This document shows, in pieces, positions 6,850-16,500 of a DNA stretch of 37,251 bases (position 1 is its first letter; each line of letters begins with the position of its first letter). Source of the stretch: an uncultured Candidatus Peregrinibacteria bacterium (GTDB lineage: Bacteria; Patescibacteriota; Gracilibacteria; UBA1369; LOWO2-01-FULL-3); contig CAINDQ010000146.1 in NCBI GenBank assembly GCA_903847465.1, positions 1-37,251 on the forward strand, written 5' to 3'. The notes beneath the pieces were generated by a model. The model worked only from the letters and a program-made list of their open reading frames with translations, ran no database searches and was not told the origin of the DNA. The translations under genes and the position numbers were made by a program.

Positions 6850-7704
6850 ATGAACAAGAAATTTTTTGTGGGAATTCTGCTGTCTTCATTAGTGTTTACG
6901 CTGACAGCATGCTCGATCGTTGTTGCGCCAGTCGTGCCAGAACCAGTTGTTGAAAAACCAATCTCTACCGACTTAATAAAAGTCACTACTCCAACCCCAA
7001 ATTTATCAGTCACAAGTCCGCTTGAAATAAGCGGCGAAGCAAAAGGTCCTTGGTTTTTTGAAGGATCAGCGCCTGTGAAATTATTGGATGCTAATAGCAA
7101 AGTCCTTGCTGAAGGAATCGCTCAGGCCCAAGGAGATTGGATGACTGAAAATTTCGTTCCATTTACCGCCTCACTGACATTCTCGACCCCAACTACAAGC
7201 ACAGGAACCCTTGTTCTTTCCAAAGATAATCCATCGGGCTTACCTGCAAACGATAAATCCGTAAGCATTCCAGTAAAATTTACAACCACCAACGAAACAG
7301 AAGCTTTTGTAGAAACCATGACTGTAAAAGTTTTCTTCAGTAACACCAAACTCGATCCAGAAATGCAGTTTTGCAACAAAACTTATCCGATAAACAGAAT
7401 TATTCCAAAAACAACGGGGGTTGCAAGAGCTGCTGTAGAAGCCTTGCTTAAAGGAATTTCGAAAGCAGAAGAAGACGCTGGATACGTTGACCAAATCAAC
7501 GCCGGCGTAAAAATCCAAAGCCTCTCAATTAAAAACGGAATAGCCTACATCGACTTCAACCAAGCACTTCAAGAAAAAGTTGGCGGATCATGTAAAGTCG
7601 GAGCAATAAGCTCTCAAATCACCGAAACGCTAAAACAATTTTCCACAATAAAAAGCGTCGTCATTTCTATAGACGGCGATTCTGAAACAAGTTTACAACC
7701 ATAG
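6850..7704 (+). CDS. Lipoprotein with Gmad2 Ig-like and GerMN domains
   Basis: Start moved to ATG 6850 (MNKKFF..., lipobox LTAC); GEAKGPWFFEG...DWMTENFVPF...KDNPSGLP (Gmad2); GGSCKVGAISSQITETLKQFSTIKSV (GerMN). Confidence 0.88.
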   Translation: MNKKFFVGILLSSLVFTLTACSIVVAPVVPEPVVEKPISTDLIKVTTPTPNLSVTSPLEISGEAKGPWFFEGSAPVKLLDANSKVLAEGIAQAQGDWMTENFVPFTASLTFSTPTTSTGTLVLSKDNPSGLPANDKSVSIPVKFTTTNETEAFVETMTVKVFFSNTKLDPEMQFCNKTYPINRIIPKTTGVARAAVEALLKGISKAEEDAGYVDQINAGVKIQSLSIKNGIAYIDFNQALQEKVGGSCKVGAISSQITETLKQFSTIKSVVISIDGDSETSLQP

Positions 7705-7709
7705 ATTTC

Positions 7710-8954
7710 ATGGAGCAGTTATTAAATCACTGGGGATATTACCTTTTATTGCTAGCATCATTATTTGAAACAGCGCCTCTTGTCGGCATGTTGATCCCCG
7801 GACAAACCCTCGTTATTGCGGGAGGATTTTTTGTGAAATTAGGAATTCTCCATTTTGCTCCTTTGATTTTTATCGTATCTATAGGCGCAATTCTAGGCGA
7901 CACCATCGGTTATTTAATCGGTCGCAAATATGGCTATCGCTTCATCGCTAAATATGGAAAATATTTTTTCCTCAAAGAAAGCAATTTTGAAAAAGTTCAA
8001 AAACTAATGCACGGCCATACCGGAAAATCATTGATTATTGGCAGATTTAATTCCATCACCCGCGCTATCGCTCCACTCATTGCCGGCTCATCAAAAGTCG
8101 ATGCAAAGAAATTCTTCCTCTACAATATAGTAGGCGGAATTCTCTGGGCATTCGCCTTTGTAATGCTCGGCTATATCTTTGGTCAAAGCTACGAAATAGC
8201 CTCAAAATACGTCGGATCCCTCTTTTTCATCGCCGTTATTTTAAGTGTCATCATTGTTTACATTTATCGCTTCATCAACAAACAACAGCATCTTTTCAAA
8301 AAATATCACCTATACGCACTCTCCATTTGTATCATTTCTTTATATGCATTTTCGGAGATAGCGGACGAAGTTTTTGAAAAAGGATTCATTGTAAATATCG
8401 ACCAATGGGTTAACACAAATGTTCAACTTTTATGGAATCCCCTGCTTAACGCAATCATGATTTTCATCACAAATATTGGAGGCCTGATAAACATCATCAC
8501 TCTCTCCATCGCTTTATTTGCAGGCCTCATGATGGCAAAGAAAAAATACAACGCTGCACTTCTTTTACTCGGCATGGGTGGCGGCATTTTGACCGTAGAA
8601 ATAATAAAATCCATCGGCGAAAGACTTCGTCCGGACAACTCTCTAATCCAAGTTTCCGACTATAGTTTCCCAAGCGGACACACCACTATGTCCACAATTT
8701 TCTTTTCACTTCTTCTCTATTCTTTCAAGGACGATATCAAAAATCCAATCCTGAAAAAACTATTCATCTTTGGCTGTATTGCCCTATTTGTTTTGATAGG
8801 ATTCAGTCGCATTTATCTAAACGTTCATTGGTTCAGCGACGTCATGGCGGGCTTTTCTTTGGGCTTATTCTGGCTCACTTTGCTAATTTTGATCTTTAAA
8901 GTTACAATATTCCTCGCAAAGTTACGTAAAAAAGATCTGCCTAAAAAATCATGA
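7710..8954 (+). CDS. DedA-PAP2 fusion (undecaprenyl-phosphate recycling)
   Basis: DedA motifs LIPG, GDTIGYLIGR, GRF; PAP2 motifs KSIGERLRP, SFPSGH, SRIYLNVHWFSD. Confidence 0.93.
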   Translation: MEQLLNHWGYYLLLLASLFETAPLVGMLIPGQTLVIAGGFFVKLGILHFAPLIFIVSIGAILGDTIGYLIGRKYGYRFIAKYGKYFFLKESNFEKVQKLMHGHTGKSLIIGRFNSITRAIAPLIAGSSKVDAKKFFLYNIVGGILWAFAFVMLGYIFGQSYEIASKYVGSLFFIAVILSVIIVYIYRFINKQQHLFKKYHLYALSICIISLYAFSEIADEVFEKGFIVNIDQWVNTNVQLLWNPLLNAIMIFITNIGGLINIITLSIALFAGLMMAKKKYNAALLLLGMGGGILTVEIIKSIGERLRPDNSLIQVSDYSFPSGHTTMSTIFFSLLLYSFKDDIKNPILKKLFIFGCIALFVLIGFSRIYLNVHWFSDVMAGFSLGLFWLTLLILIFKVTIFLAKLRKKDLPKKS

Positions 8955-9523
8955 ATAAAGAAAATAAGGAACTTTTAAATTTCTTCTTTGAACTAGGCCA
9001 GCTCCGCAGAATTAAGCATGAAGGATGGCGCACAATCGGAATCACTCATCCTGAAAGTGTCGCCGACCACAGTCTTCGCGCCGCTCAGATTGGCTTCTTT
9101 CTGGCAAAACTAGAACATTACAAAAACCCTGAAGAAATCTCCACGATGCTGGTTTTTCATGACGTAGCAGAATGCCGCGTGGGAGATATTCACAAAATTG
9201 CCAACAGGTATATCAAGGTAGACGAAAGCCAAGCGGTAAAAGATCAGCTCTCAAAACTGCCTGAATTCAGCAAAGAAATTTATAGATTTTGGGAAGAAAC
9301 AGAAATGCAAAAAACCGTAGCAGGATGCATCGCAAAAGACGCCGACCTGCTCGAACAAGCCATCACCGCTAAAGAATATATTGAAAAAGGACACAAATTC
9401 GCTCAAGATTGGATAAACAATATTGCCAAATTGATAAAAACCAAGTCAGCAAAAAAATTACTAAAAGATCTCGCCAAATCAAATTCGAACGACTGGTGGC
9501 AAGGCATCAAAAAAATATTTTAA
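8951..9523 (+). CDS. HD-domain hydrolase (YfbR/HDDC2-like 5'-nucleotidase)
   Basis: EGW, ESVADHS, FHDVAECRVGDI, KDADLLE; ATGA overlap with the upstream gene. Confidence 0.9.
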   Translation: MNKENKELLNFFFELGQLRRIKHEGWRTIGITHPESVADHSLRAAQIGFFLAKLEHYKNPEEISTMLVFHDVAECRVGDIHKIANRYIKVDESQAVKDQLSKLPEFSKEIYRFWEETEMQKTVAGCIAKDADLLEQAITAKEYIEKGHKFAQDWINNIAKLIKTKSAKKLLKDLAKSNSNDWWQGIKKIF

Positions 9524-9543
9524 TTAATAACTTTTAAAAAATT

Positions 9544-10272
9544 ATGGCTCTCAAAAAAAACAACATAGCGATGGGGCTTATCCTCCTCATCACTCTCTCT
9601 GCAGGCATTATTATCGGCTCCTACATCCCAAAAATTGAAACAGTTTTGGAAAAAAGAGAAGTTGCCGAGAAGGAAGCAAAAATTATGGAACAATTAAAAA
9701 AAGACCGTGTCCTAAATGAAAAAGATTTCTCGATTGGTATGCCAGCTGGATGGGCTGGAATAAATCCAATGCCAGGAACTTCCGCTACAATTGCCTACAT
9801 CAACGAACAAATTACTGACCCAGCTTTGAATAAAATCAACTTCAGAAGTTACTACGCTATTACCTACGACACCCTAAACAAAAGAACTCTGTTAGGATAT
9901 AACGTTTATCTAAAAAACACTCTAGCAAAACTGCTCCCTGGAATAAAAATAACAAAAGAAACCAGCGAAAAAATAAATGGCAAAGATGCTCGCTTCATTG
10001 AAGCGGCAGTCATGCAACGTGGTACAAACTTCAACGTACTTGTTGCTACAATCCTAGGAAACAAAGATGACGTTTGGACTCTTTCTTTCAATATTGGCGC
10101 AGTAAACTGGGAGGCTTACAAAGATATGTTGTATAGCATTGCCAGAACTTTTACTCTAAAAACAGCTGAAGAGATTGCTGCTGCTGAAGCTGCAAAAGCC
10201 GTACCAACAACAGCACCAGGCTCGCCAACCGCACCACCGCCAACTACTACCGCCCCAAATGCGCAAAAGTAA
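9544..10272 (+). CDS. Membrane-anchored PsbP/DcrB-like protein with Pro/Thr/Ala-rich tail
   Basis: N-terminal TM; FSIGMPAGW, KINGKDA, IARTF pattern; tail PTTAPGSPTAPPPTTTAP. Confidence 0.6.
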   Translation: MALKKNNIAMGLILLITLSAGIIIGSYIPKIETVLEKREVAEKEAKIMEQLKKDRVLNEKDFSIGMPAGWAGINPMPGTSATIAYINEQITDPALNKINFRSYYAITYDTLNKRTLLGYNVYLKNTLAKLLPGIKITKETSEKINGKDARFIEAAVMQRGTNFNVLVATILGNKDDVWTLSFNIGAVNWEAYKDMLYSIARTFTLKTAEEIAAAEAAKAVPTTAPGSPTAPPPTTTAPNAQK

Positions 10273-10729
10273 TCCAGACACAATTTCTCTTTCCAAAAAC
10301 AAGAAAGCTTTTCACGACTACGAAATTCTGGAAGCCTTTGAAGCAGGGATTGTTTTGACTGGCGAAGAAGTGAAATCGATTCGAGATAGTCAGATGAATC
10401 TCAAGGGCTCATATGTAGAAGTCACAAATGAAACCGCTTTTTTGAATGAAGCGCACGTTTCTCGTTACAAATTCTCTTCAAGCAAAGAATACAATCCAAC
10501 TCGCCGCCGCAAACTCCTCCTCCACAAAAAACAAACTCTCAAAATAGACAGCGCCATTAGCCAAAAAGGAGTCACTGCAATCCCCCTCGAAGTCTATTTG
10601 AAAAAAGGCCTAATCAAAGTTTCTGTCGGAATCTGTCGTGGTAAAAAACTTTACGACAAACGCGACAGCCTCAAAAAGCGCGACCAAAAACGCGACATCG
10701 ACAGCGCCATAAAAGAGCTAAGGGACTAG
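10259..10729 (+). CDS. smpB: SsrA-binding protein SmpB
   Basis: NKKAFHDY, EAGIVLTGEEVKSIR, RRKLLLHK, GKKLYDKR. Start moved to ATG 10259, which overlaps the upstream gene by 14 nt. Confidence 0.97.
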   Translation: MRKSNPDTISLSKNKKAFHDYEILEAFEAGIVLTGEEVKSIRDSQMNLKGSYVEVTNETAFLNEAHVSRYKFSSSKEYNPTRRRKLLLHKKQTLKIDSAISQKGVTAIPLEVYLKKGLIKVSVGICRGKKLYDKRDSLKKRDQKRDIDSAIKELRD

Positions 10730-10800
10730 CAAAACATCCTCCCCTTTCCTTATTTAGCGTTTTTCTTTATAATGACCCCCTATCTTGATTTTACAAATAT

Positions 10801-11553
10801 ATGCACAACACTTACACAAAATTGATCGCGGGTATTCAAAAATATTTCAGGCTTGCCGGAATTGATAAAGCCGTCATCGGCGTAAGTGGTGGAGTTGACT
10901 CCGCCCTTTGCTTGAAACTTGTCGTCGACGCCCTTGGTCCAGAAAGAGTCACAGGACTTTTGATGCCGGAAAAAGGCATTTCTTCAGAGGAAAACATCTC
11001 TCATGCCAAAACTTTGTGTGAATTTATGAAGGTCGAGTACCACACCATTTTCATCAACAAATTTCTGACTGACTATGTCACTCTTCCTTGGCAACCAAAT
11101 GAACTTGCTCAGATAAATATGAAGGCTCGTATCAGAATGATTTTGCTTTATAACTTCGCAAACACAAACAACACTCTCGTAATCGGCACTTCAAACAAAA
11201 CGGAATTAGCGCTTGGCTATGGCACAAAATACGGCGATCTCGGCGCGGACATTGAGATTATCGGAGACTTACTTAAAGAAGAAGTTTATGCGCTAGCAGA
11301 ATATGTTGGTCTTCCTGATGAATTTTTGACGAAGGCTCCGTCAGCAGAACTTTATGCCGGCCAGACTGATGAAGAAGAGCTCGGTTTAACTTACAAAGAA
11401 ATCGATCCAGTTCTCAAACATCTCGAGAAAGGATTAGCGAAAGAAGAAATTATCAGTAAAGGAATCAACCCAAATTCTGTCCTCAAAATATTCAGACTGA
11501 TGGAATTAAATAGACACAAGCTTGTTCCTCCATATATAATTCTGCTGAAATAA
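10801..11553 (+). CDS. nadE: NH3-dependent NAD(+) synthetase
   Basis: SGGVDS, NMKARIRM, GTSNKTE, GYGTKYGD, KAPSAEL..GQTDEEELG; no glutaminase domain. Confidence 0.95.
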   Translation: MHNTYTKLIAGIQKYFRLAGIDKAVIGVSGGVDSALCLKLVVDALGPERVTGLLMPEKGISSEENISHAKTLCEFMKVEYHTIFINKFLTDYVTLPWQPNELAQINMKARIRMILLYNFANTNNTLVIGTSNKTELALGYGTKYGDLGADIEIIGDLLKEEVYALAEYVGLPDEFLTKAPSAELYAGQTDEEELGLTYKEIDPVLKHLEKGLAKEEIISKGINPNSVLKIFRLMELNRHKLVPPYIILLK

Positions 11554-11562
11554 TTTTGCACT

Positions 11563-12129
11563 ATGCAATCAGCCTTATTTTTAGGAAGATTTCAACCGTT
11601 TCACAAGGGACATTTGAGCGTGATCAAAAAAATTCTCAAAACAAACGAGAGAGTTATTATTGCAATTGGCAGTGCCGAACAAAACTATCTTCCTCAGAAT
11701 CCTTTCACTGCGGCCGAGAGATTTCAAATGATCGAAGAAAGCCTGAAGGAAGCCAAAATCCCTTGCGACAAATATTGCATAATTCCAGTCAGAAATATTT
11801 TCAATTATGCACTTTGGGTCAATCATGTGAACACATACGTTCCTCCATACACGCGCGTTTACACCGGTTCGAAATTAATCAGAGCATGCTACGAAGGAAA
11901 ATATTTTAGACAAACAGAGAAAGTTCCGTACGCTCCGGAGATTATTCGCCTAAAAAGAATTTTACCAATCAGTGCCACAAAAATTCGCACAGCAATTTTG
12001 AAAAATAAACCATGGAAACACTTAGTTCCCAAAGCTGTTGTTCAAAAAATAGAAAAATGGAAAGCTGTTGATAGAATAAAAACAATCAAGGATACTATCG
12101 ACACTACAAAGTTCAACAGCGCTTACTAA
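11563..12129 (+). CDS. nadM: Nicotinamide-nucleotide adenylyltransferase, archaeal/NadM type
   Basis: GRFQPFHKGH, IGSA, NPFTAAER, LWVNHV, ISATKIR, WKHLVP. Confidence 0.9.
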   Translation: MQSALFLGRFQPFHKGHLSVIKKILKTNERVIIAIGSAEQNYLPQNPFTAAERFQMIEESLKEAKIPCDKYCIIPVRNIFNYALWVNHVNTYVPPYTRVYTGSKLIRACYEGKYFRQTEKVPYAPEIIRLKRILPISATKIRTAILKNKPWKHLVPKAVVQKIEKWKAVDRIKTIKDTIDTTKFNSAY

Positions 12130-12140
12130 AAAATCTCACC

Positions 12141-13550
12141 ATGATCAATCCACACATATTTCGTGCTTATGATATTCGCGGTATCGCCGATTCCGAAGGA
12201 TCCGACAAACCTGCCGACTTAACAGAAGAATCCGTCTATTTAATTGGAAAAGGTACCGGAACATACTTGAAAGCCAAATACAATACAGCAAACATGGCTG
12301 TAGGACGCGACAATCGCCTAACCGGCGAAAAATTACAAAGAGCTTTTACGAAAGGTGTTTCCGAGGCTGGAATCGACGTTGTCGACGTCGGACTAGCAAT
12401 TTCACCAATGATATATTGGGCCTCTTGCGCTCTTGATTTTGACTCCGCCACAAACATCACGGCTAGTCATAATCCAAAAGAATACAACGGAATTAAAACT
12501 GTTACCAAAAATGCTCACTCAATTTGCGGTGATGAGTTGCAAGAAATTAAAAAAATAATTGAATCAGAAAAATTAGTCACATCAGAAAAACTTGGAACAA
12601 TTTCTCAACAAAACATTCGCCCAGATTATCTCGAAGACTTAAAATCTCGTTTCCAAATTTCTCGAAAATTAAAAATAGTTGTCGACACCGGAAATGGAAC
12701 TGCCGGCATTTTTGCTCCAGAATTTTTACGTTCACTTGGACACGAAGTTGTCGAATTATATACAGAGCTCGACGGCACTTTCCCTAATCACGAAGCCAAT
12801 CCTGAGGAGCTCCACAACATGCAAGATTTGATTAAAAAAGTGCTCGAAGAACACGCTGATTTCGGAATTGGATTCGATGGCGACGGCGATCGTGTTGGTG
12901 TTGTGAATGAAAAAGGGCACATGTATTCTTCCGATTTTATGTTACTGCTTTTGGCAAAAGATTTACTCACTCGCGTAAAAAATCCAAAGATTGTTTTTGA
13001 TATAAAAGTTTCTCAGGCAATCATAAATCGCATGCAAGAACTCGGCGCCGAACCAGTGATGAGTAAGACTGGCCACAGCTTTATTGAGGCCAAAATGAAA
13101 GAATTAAAAGCTCCTTTGGCTGGAGAAGTATCGGGACATTTGTTTTTCGGAGAGAATTATTATGGCTTTGACGACGCGTTATTGGCCGCTGGAAAAATCG
13201 CCCAAATCATTTCGAATTCAGAGACTCCTCTTTCTGAAATGTTCAATGATTTACCAAAAGTTTTCACCACTCCCGAATTCAAAGCTCATTGTCCTGACGA
13301 CAAAAAATTTGAAATAATAAAAAATCTCCAGGATCATTTTACAAAACTTTATCCATGCATCACCATTGATGGCGTCCGTATAAACTTCGACGAAAATTCT
13401 TGGGGAGCCATTCGTGCCTCAAACACAAGCCCAAACTTGACTCTCCGTTTTGAGGCGGATACAAATAATCGCCTGAATGAGATTCAAGCGATTATGGTTT
13501 CTGAATTGAATAAATATCCTGACGTCAGCCTCGACTGGTACAAATCCTAA
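12141..13550 (+). CDS. Phosphomannomutase/phosphoglucomutase
   Basis: FRAYDIRG, TASHNP, FDGDGDR, GEVSGH, IRASNT. Confidence 0.96.
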   Translation: MINPHIFRAYDIRGIADSEGSDKPADLTEESVYLIGKGTGTYLKAKYNTANMAVGRDNRLTGEKLQRAFTKGVSEAGIDVVDVGLAISPMIYWASCALDFDSATNITASHNPKEYNGIKTVTKNAHSICGDELQEIKKIIESEKLVTSEKLGTISQQNIRPDYLEDLKSRFQISRKLKIVVDTGNGTAGIFAPEFLRSLGHEVVELYTELDGTFPNHEANPEELHNMQDLIKKVLEEHADFGIGFDGDGDRVGVVNEKGHMYSSDFMLLLLAKDLLTRVKNPKIVFDIKVSQAIINRMQELGAEPVMSKTGHSFIEAKMKELKAPLAGEVSGHLFFGENYYGFDDALLAAGKIAQIISNSETPLSEMFNDLPKVFTTPEFKAHCPDDKKFEIIKNLQDHFTKLYPCITIDGVRINFDENSWGAIRASNTSPNLTLRFEADTNNRLNEIQAIMVSELNKYPDVSLDWYKS

Positions 13551-16500
13551 TTCCCTTCTGCGTTCAACATCGCCGACGTGATTGGTGAATAATACAGATA
13601 GAACGGTTTGCTTGAACGAGAGAGTAGAGATTCTGTTCCTACGTCTGCCGGTCTACCAGAACGCAAATCTCCCATTTTAGGCACCTCTACAACTTCAGTT
13701 GATGAAGTAGCCACTTTCACAGTAATCAACCCCACCGCCGCCTGTATTCCGTCACATTTCGACAAGTCTGGATTTCTCACACACGGCTGATCTCCATAGC
13801 TCTCATTTGAGACAGGCTCTCCGCAAACATCCGCGTTGATATCGTTTGAAAGCATCAATTGTTCATCTACGGTCAAACACTTTCCGCAGGCTAAATCCAC
13901 GACAAGCCCAACCGGACAGTTATCGATATTGACGCCTTCGGAGTCCTTAACAGCAGTGTCAAACACTCCACCTCTATACAATCTAAACGCATTCCAGTCG
14001 TAATACATTGAGCTTAGAATACTATCTACGGCCTCGTAAGCACCATTCAAATGACGCCCTTTATCAACCAGACTCGAAATTCCCATACTGGTCTTTGCGG
14101 AAACAGCTCCCTTCATAAACAACTGCGAACTCTCTTGATGACTTCCGCTATAGAAAGCATTGAGATTTTTTAATTCGGGACTATTATCCTTTAGTTGACT
14201 AAAAACATTGTTAGAGTCCGTAACCATCGGGAAGGGCAACATGGATCCATCCGCCACAATCGCCACGTTAGAAAGAGTCGTTACATCGTCGGCAATGTAT
14301 ACATTTCCACCAACGTTTTTACCGGTATTATCCTTTGCACTCAAAGCCACTATCACGAGTTGGCTTTTCCCGTTAAAAGCCTCGTCTTCATCGTAAACAT
14401 TTTTATTTATCAACACGTTTCCCCCCTCCACCACCAAAATCCTTTTTCCAATATATTCAAACGCTGATTCGGATGGCAATACTCTCGACTCTATTGTTGA
14501 CTCTATTTTTCCAAGCACCACGTCCACTCCATAGAAATAATCTGCCTTCTCTTCTCCTACAAGGATTGCCAGTTTGTAACGACTGCTGGAGCAACCCGTG
14601 CCACCCATAACGCTCATATCCTCTTTAATTATGCATTTTTGTGTGTCATCACCGCTTACAATATCCTGTTTTGTCATTGTTTCCATATCCTTCCCTCCCT
14701 TCACATATTTCGTCACCTGTCGATGAGCGGTATCTCTAACGATATTGGAGACCTGACTTCCTGAAGGAGACAAATTATCGGTAACATCTGCAGAGAACAC
14801 CATCGCTGAATAAATCGTCCCATGAATAATCGCCGCAAAGTTATCCAAAACTCCACGTTCTATTCTAGGAAGTTTGTTTGAATAATACTTGATCTCTTTG
14901 TCCTCAATATTGTAACTAATCGTACTATTCAAAGTTGGCGAATCAATTTTGGTGCAAATGGCCTGTGGAACAGCTGGAGTCCCTGGCAATTGAGGCGTTA
15001 TTTTTAAAGTAGAAGTTGTCCCTACAAACTTCAATGGAACATCGCTTCCATTTACGCCCATGCCTTTACTAACTTTGCAAGGTGATACCGCTGAAGGAAT
15101 AAGATTTGTGGAGTCACAGCTAGGTTGAGCAATTAAATCATTGGTGGCCTCTAACAAAAATCCGAATTTTTTGCCAGCGGTCTCGACATTCTGATCACAA
15201 CTGATATCAGCCTTGCCGCTATACCCAAGCGTCAACTCAACTTTTGGATTTGCTTTATCAAAAAGCTTACTCGAGTTTCTACTAAGTCCTACATTTACGT
15301 TCACGGGGATATCTCTATATCCCGCTATTGCATCTTTTAGATCTGTAGTTTCTAGTTTTGACACCTCCAACCATGGCTTAAATTTAAAATAGGCTGGAGC
15401 ATCATACGGAGTAACGCTTCCGCCAACAGTATCCGCATCCTGCCCTGGCGCCCCAGGAGTAATTACCTCGTACAAAATTCTTTCCAACTTTAAATCGTTT
15501 CGTGCCGCAAACGTTTTCCCAAAAAATTTCTCATTATCAAACACAGAGTTAAATCCCGTCACATCATTTAGAATAGTTTGAATTATAGATACATTTCCAG
15601 CAGTTGTTGGCGCGCAAGACTTAATTTTTTTCTCATCCGTTAATTTGTAATGCCCAGTCTCGCCGCTAACCTTCTCAATCCATTTGTTCGGTTCATTTAA
15701 ATTCGCAGAAGTTATTGAAATCGTCGTCGGTTTAAAGGCAACACCTCCTCCGCTACCAACCTCTGTAAACGGACTTTCGCCAGCAAAAGGCTCCCCTACC
15801 GAAGGACTTGTTTGATCAATCTTCACCGTATCCGTCCACACAAACTCCAAATTAATAGTTTCATTGGTTAGATCTTTTGGATCACCAGCGGCATTCCTTA
15901 AAAATAATTCCATCCCATACCCATCACTACAATCCGCAACAGGAAAATATGGTAAACTTTCTGAATCCACAAAGGTAGGTTCAGGAGAAAACTCTACACA
16001 AAGATCCCCACCCGAAACAAGTTTGCAATAAAGAGGGTCATTTTTGCAAAGTAGATCATTTGTATATTCAGGTAGAACACAACATGCTACGTCATCGATA
16101 GGTGGTAAACACTGAGGGACTTCGCAAACAGGAGAGTCAGTTAGATATCCTTCTCCAGCCTCACAACAATAACATGCTGCATTTGTAGGATCCGCCAACT
16201 GAGCCGCATTACACCCACCACACGCTAAAGGCTCGCAAATCTCTGGCGTTGGCTCAAGACAACAAGGCCAACCAGCCGTATCAATATTACAAAGAGAATC
16301 CTCTGTCGGAATCTCGATTGTTCCGCCTGTAAAATCCAAATAAACTCCAGCCTGCGTCCAGCCATAACCAGAAAGACTCCATCTGTTAGTGCCCGCCTGT
16401 TTAGTTGCTATAACTCCATAGTCTCCAGAGACTCCAGCCCCATTATCGTATTCTCCACTAAAAGAAATGTATCCAAAAGCAGGATTCCAGGCTTCTCCCG

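Noticed and set aside
10175-10258. Gln/His-rich N-terminal extension of SmpB
   Set aside because: Off-frame reading of the upstream gene's Pro/Thr tail; ATG 10259 gives a normal length.
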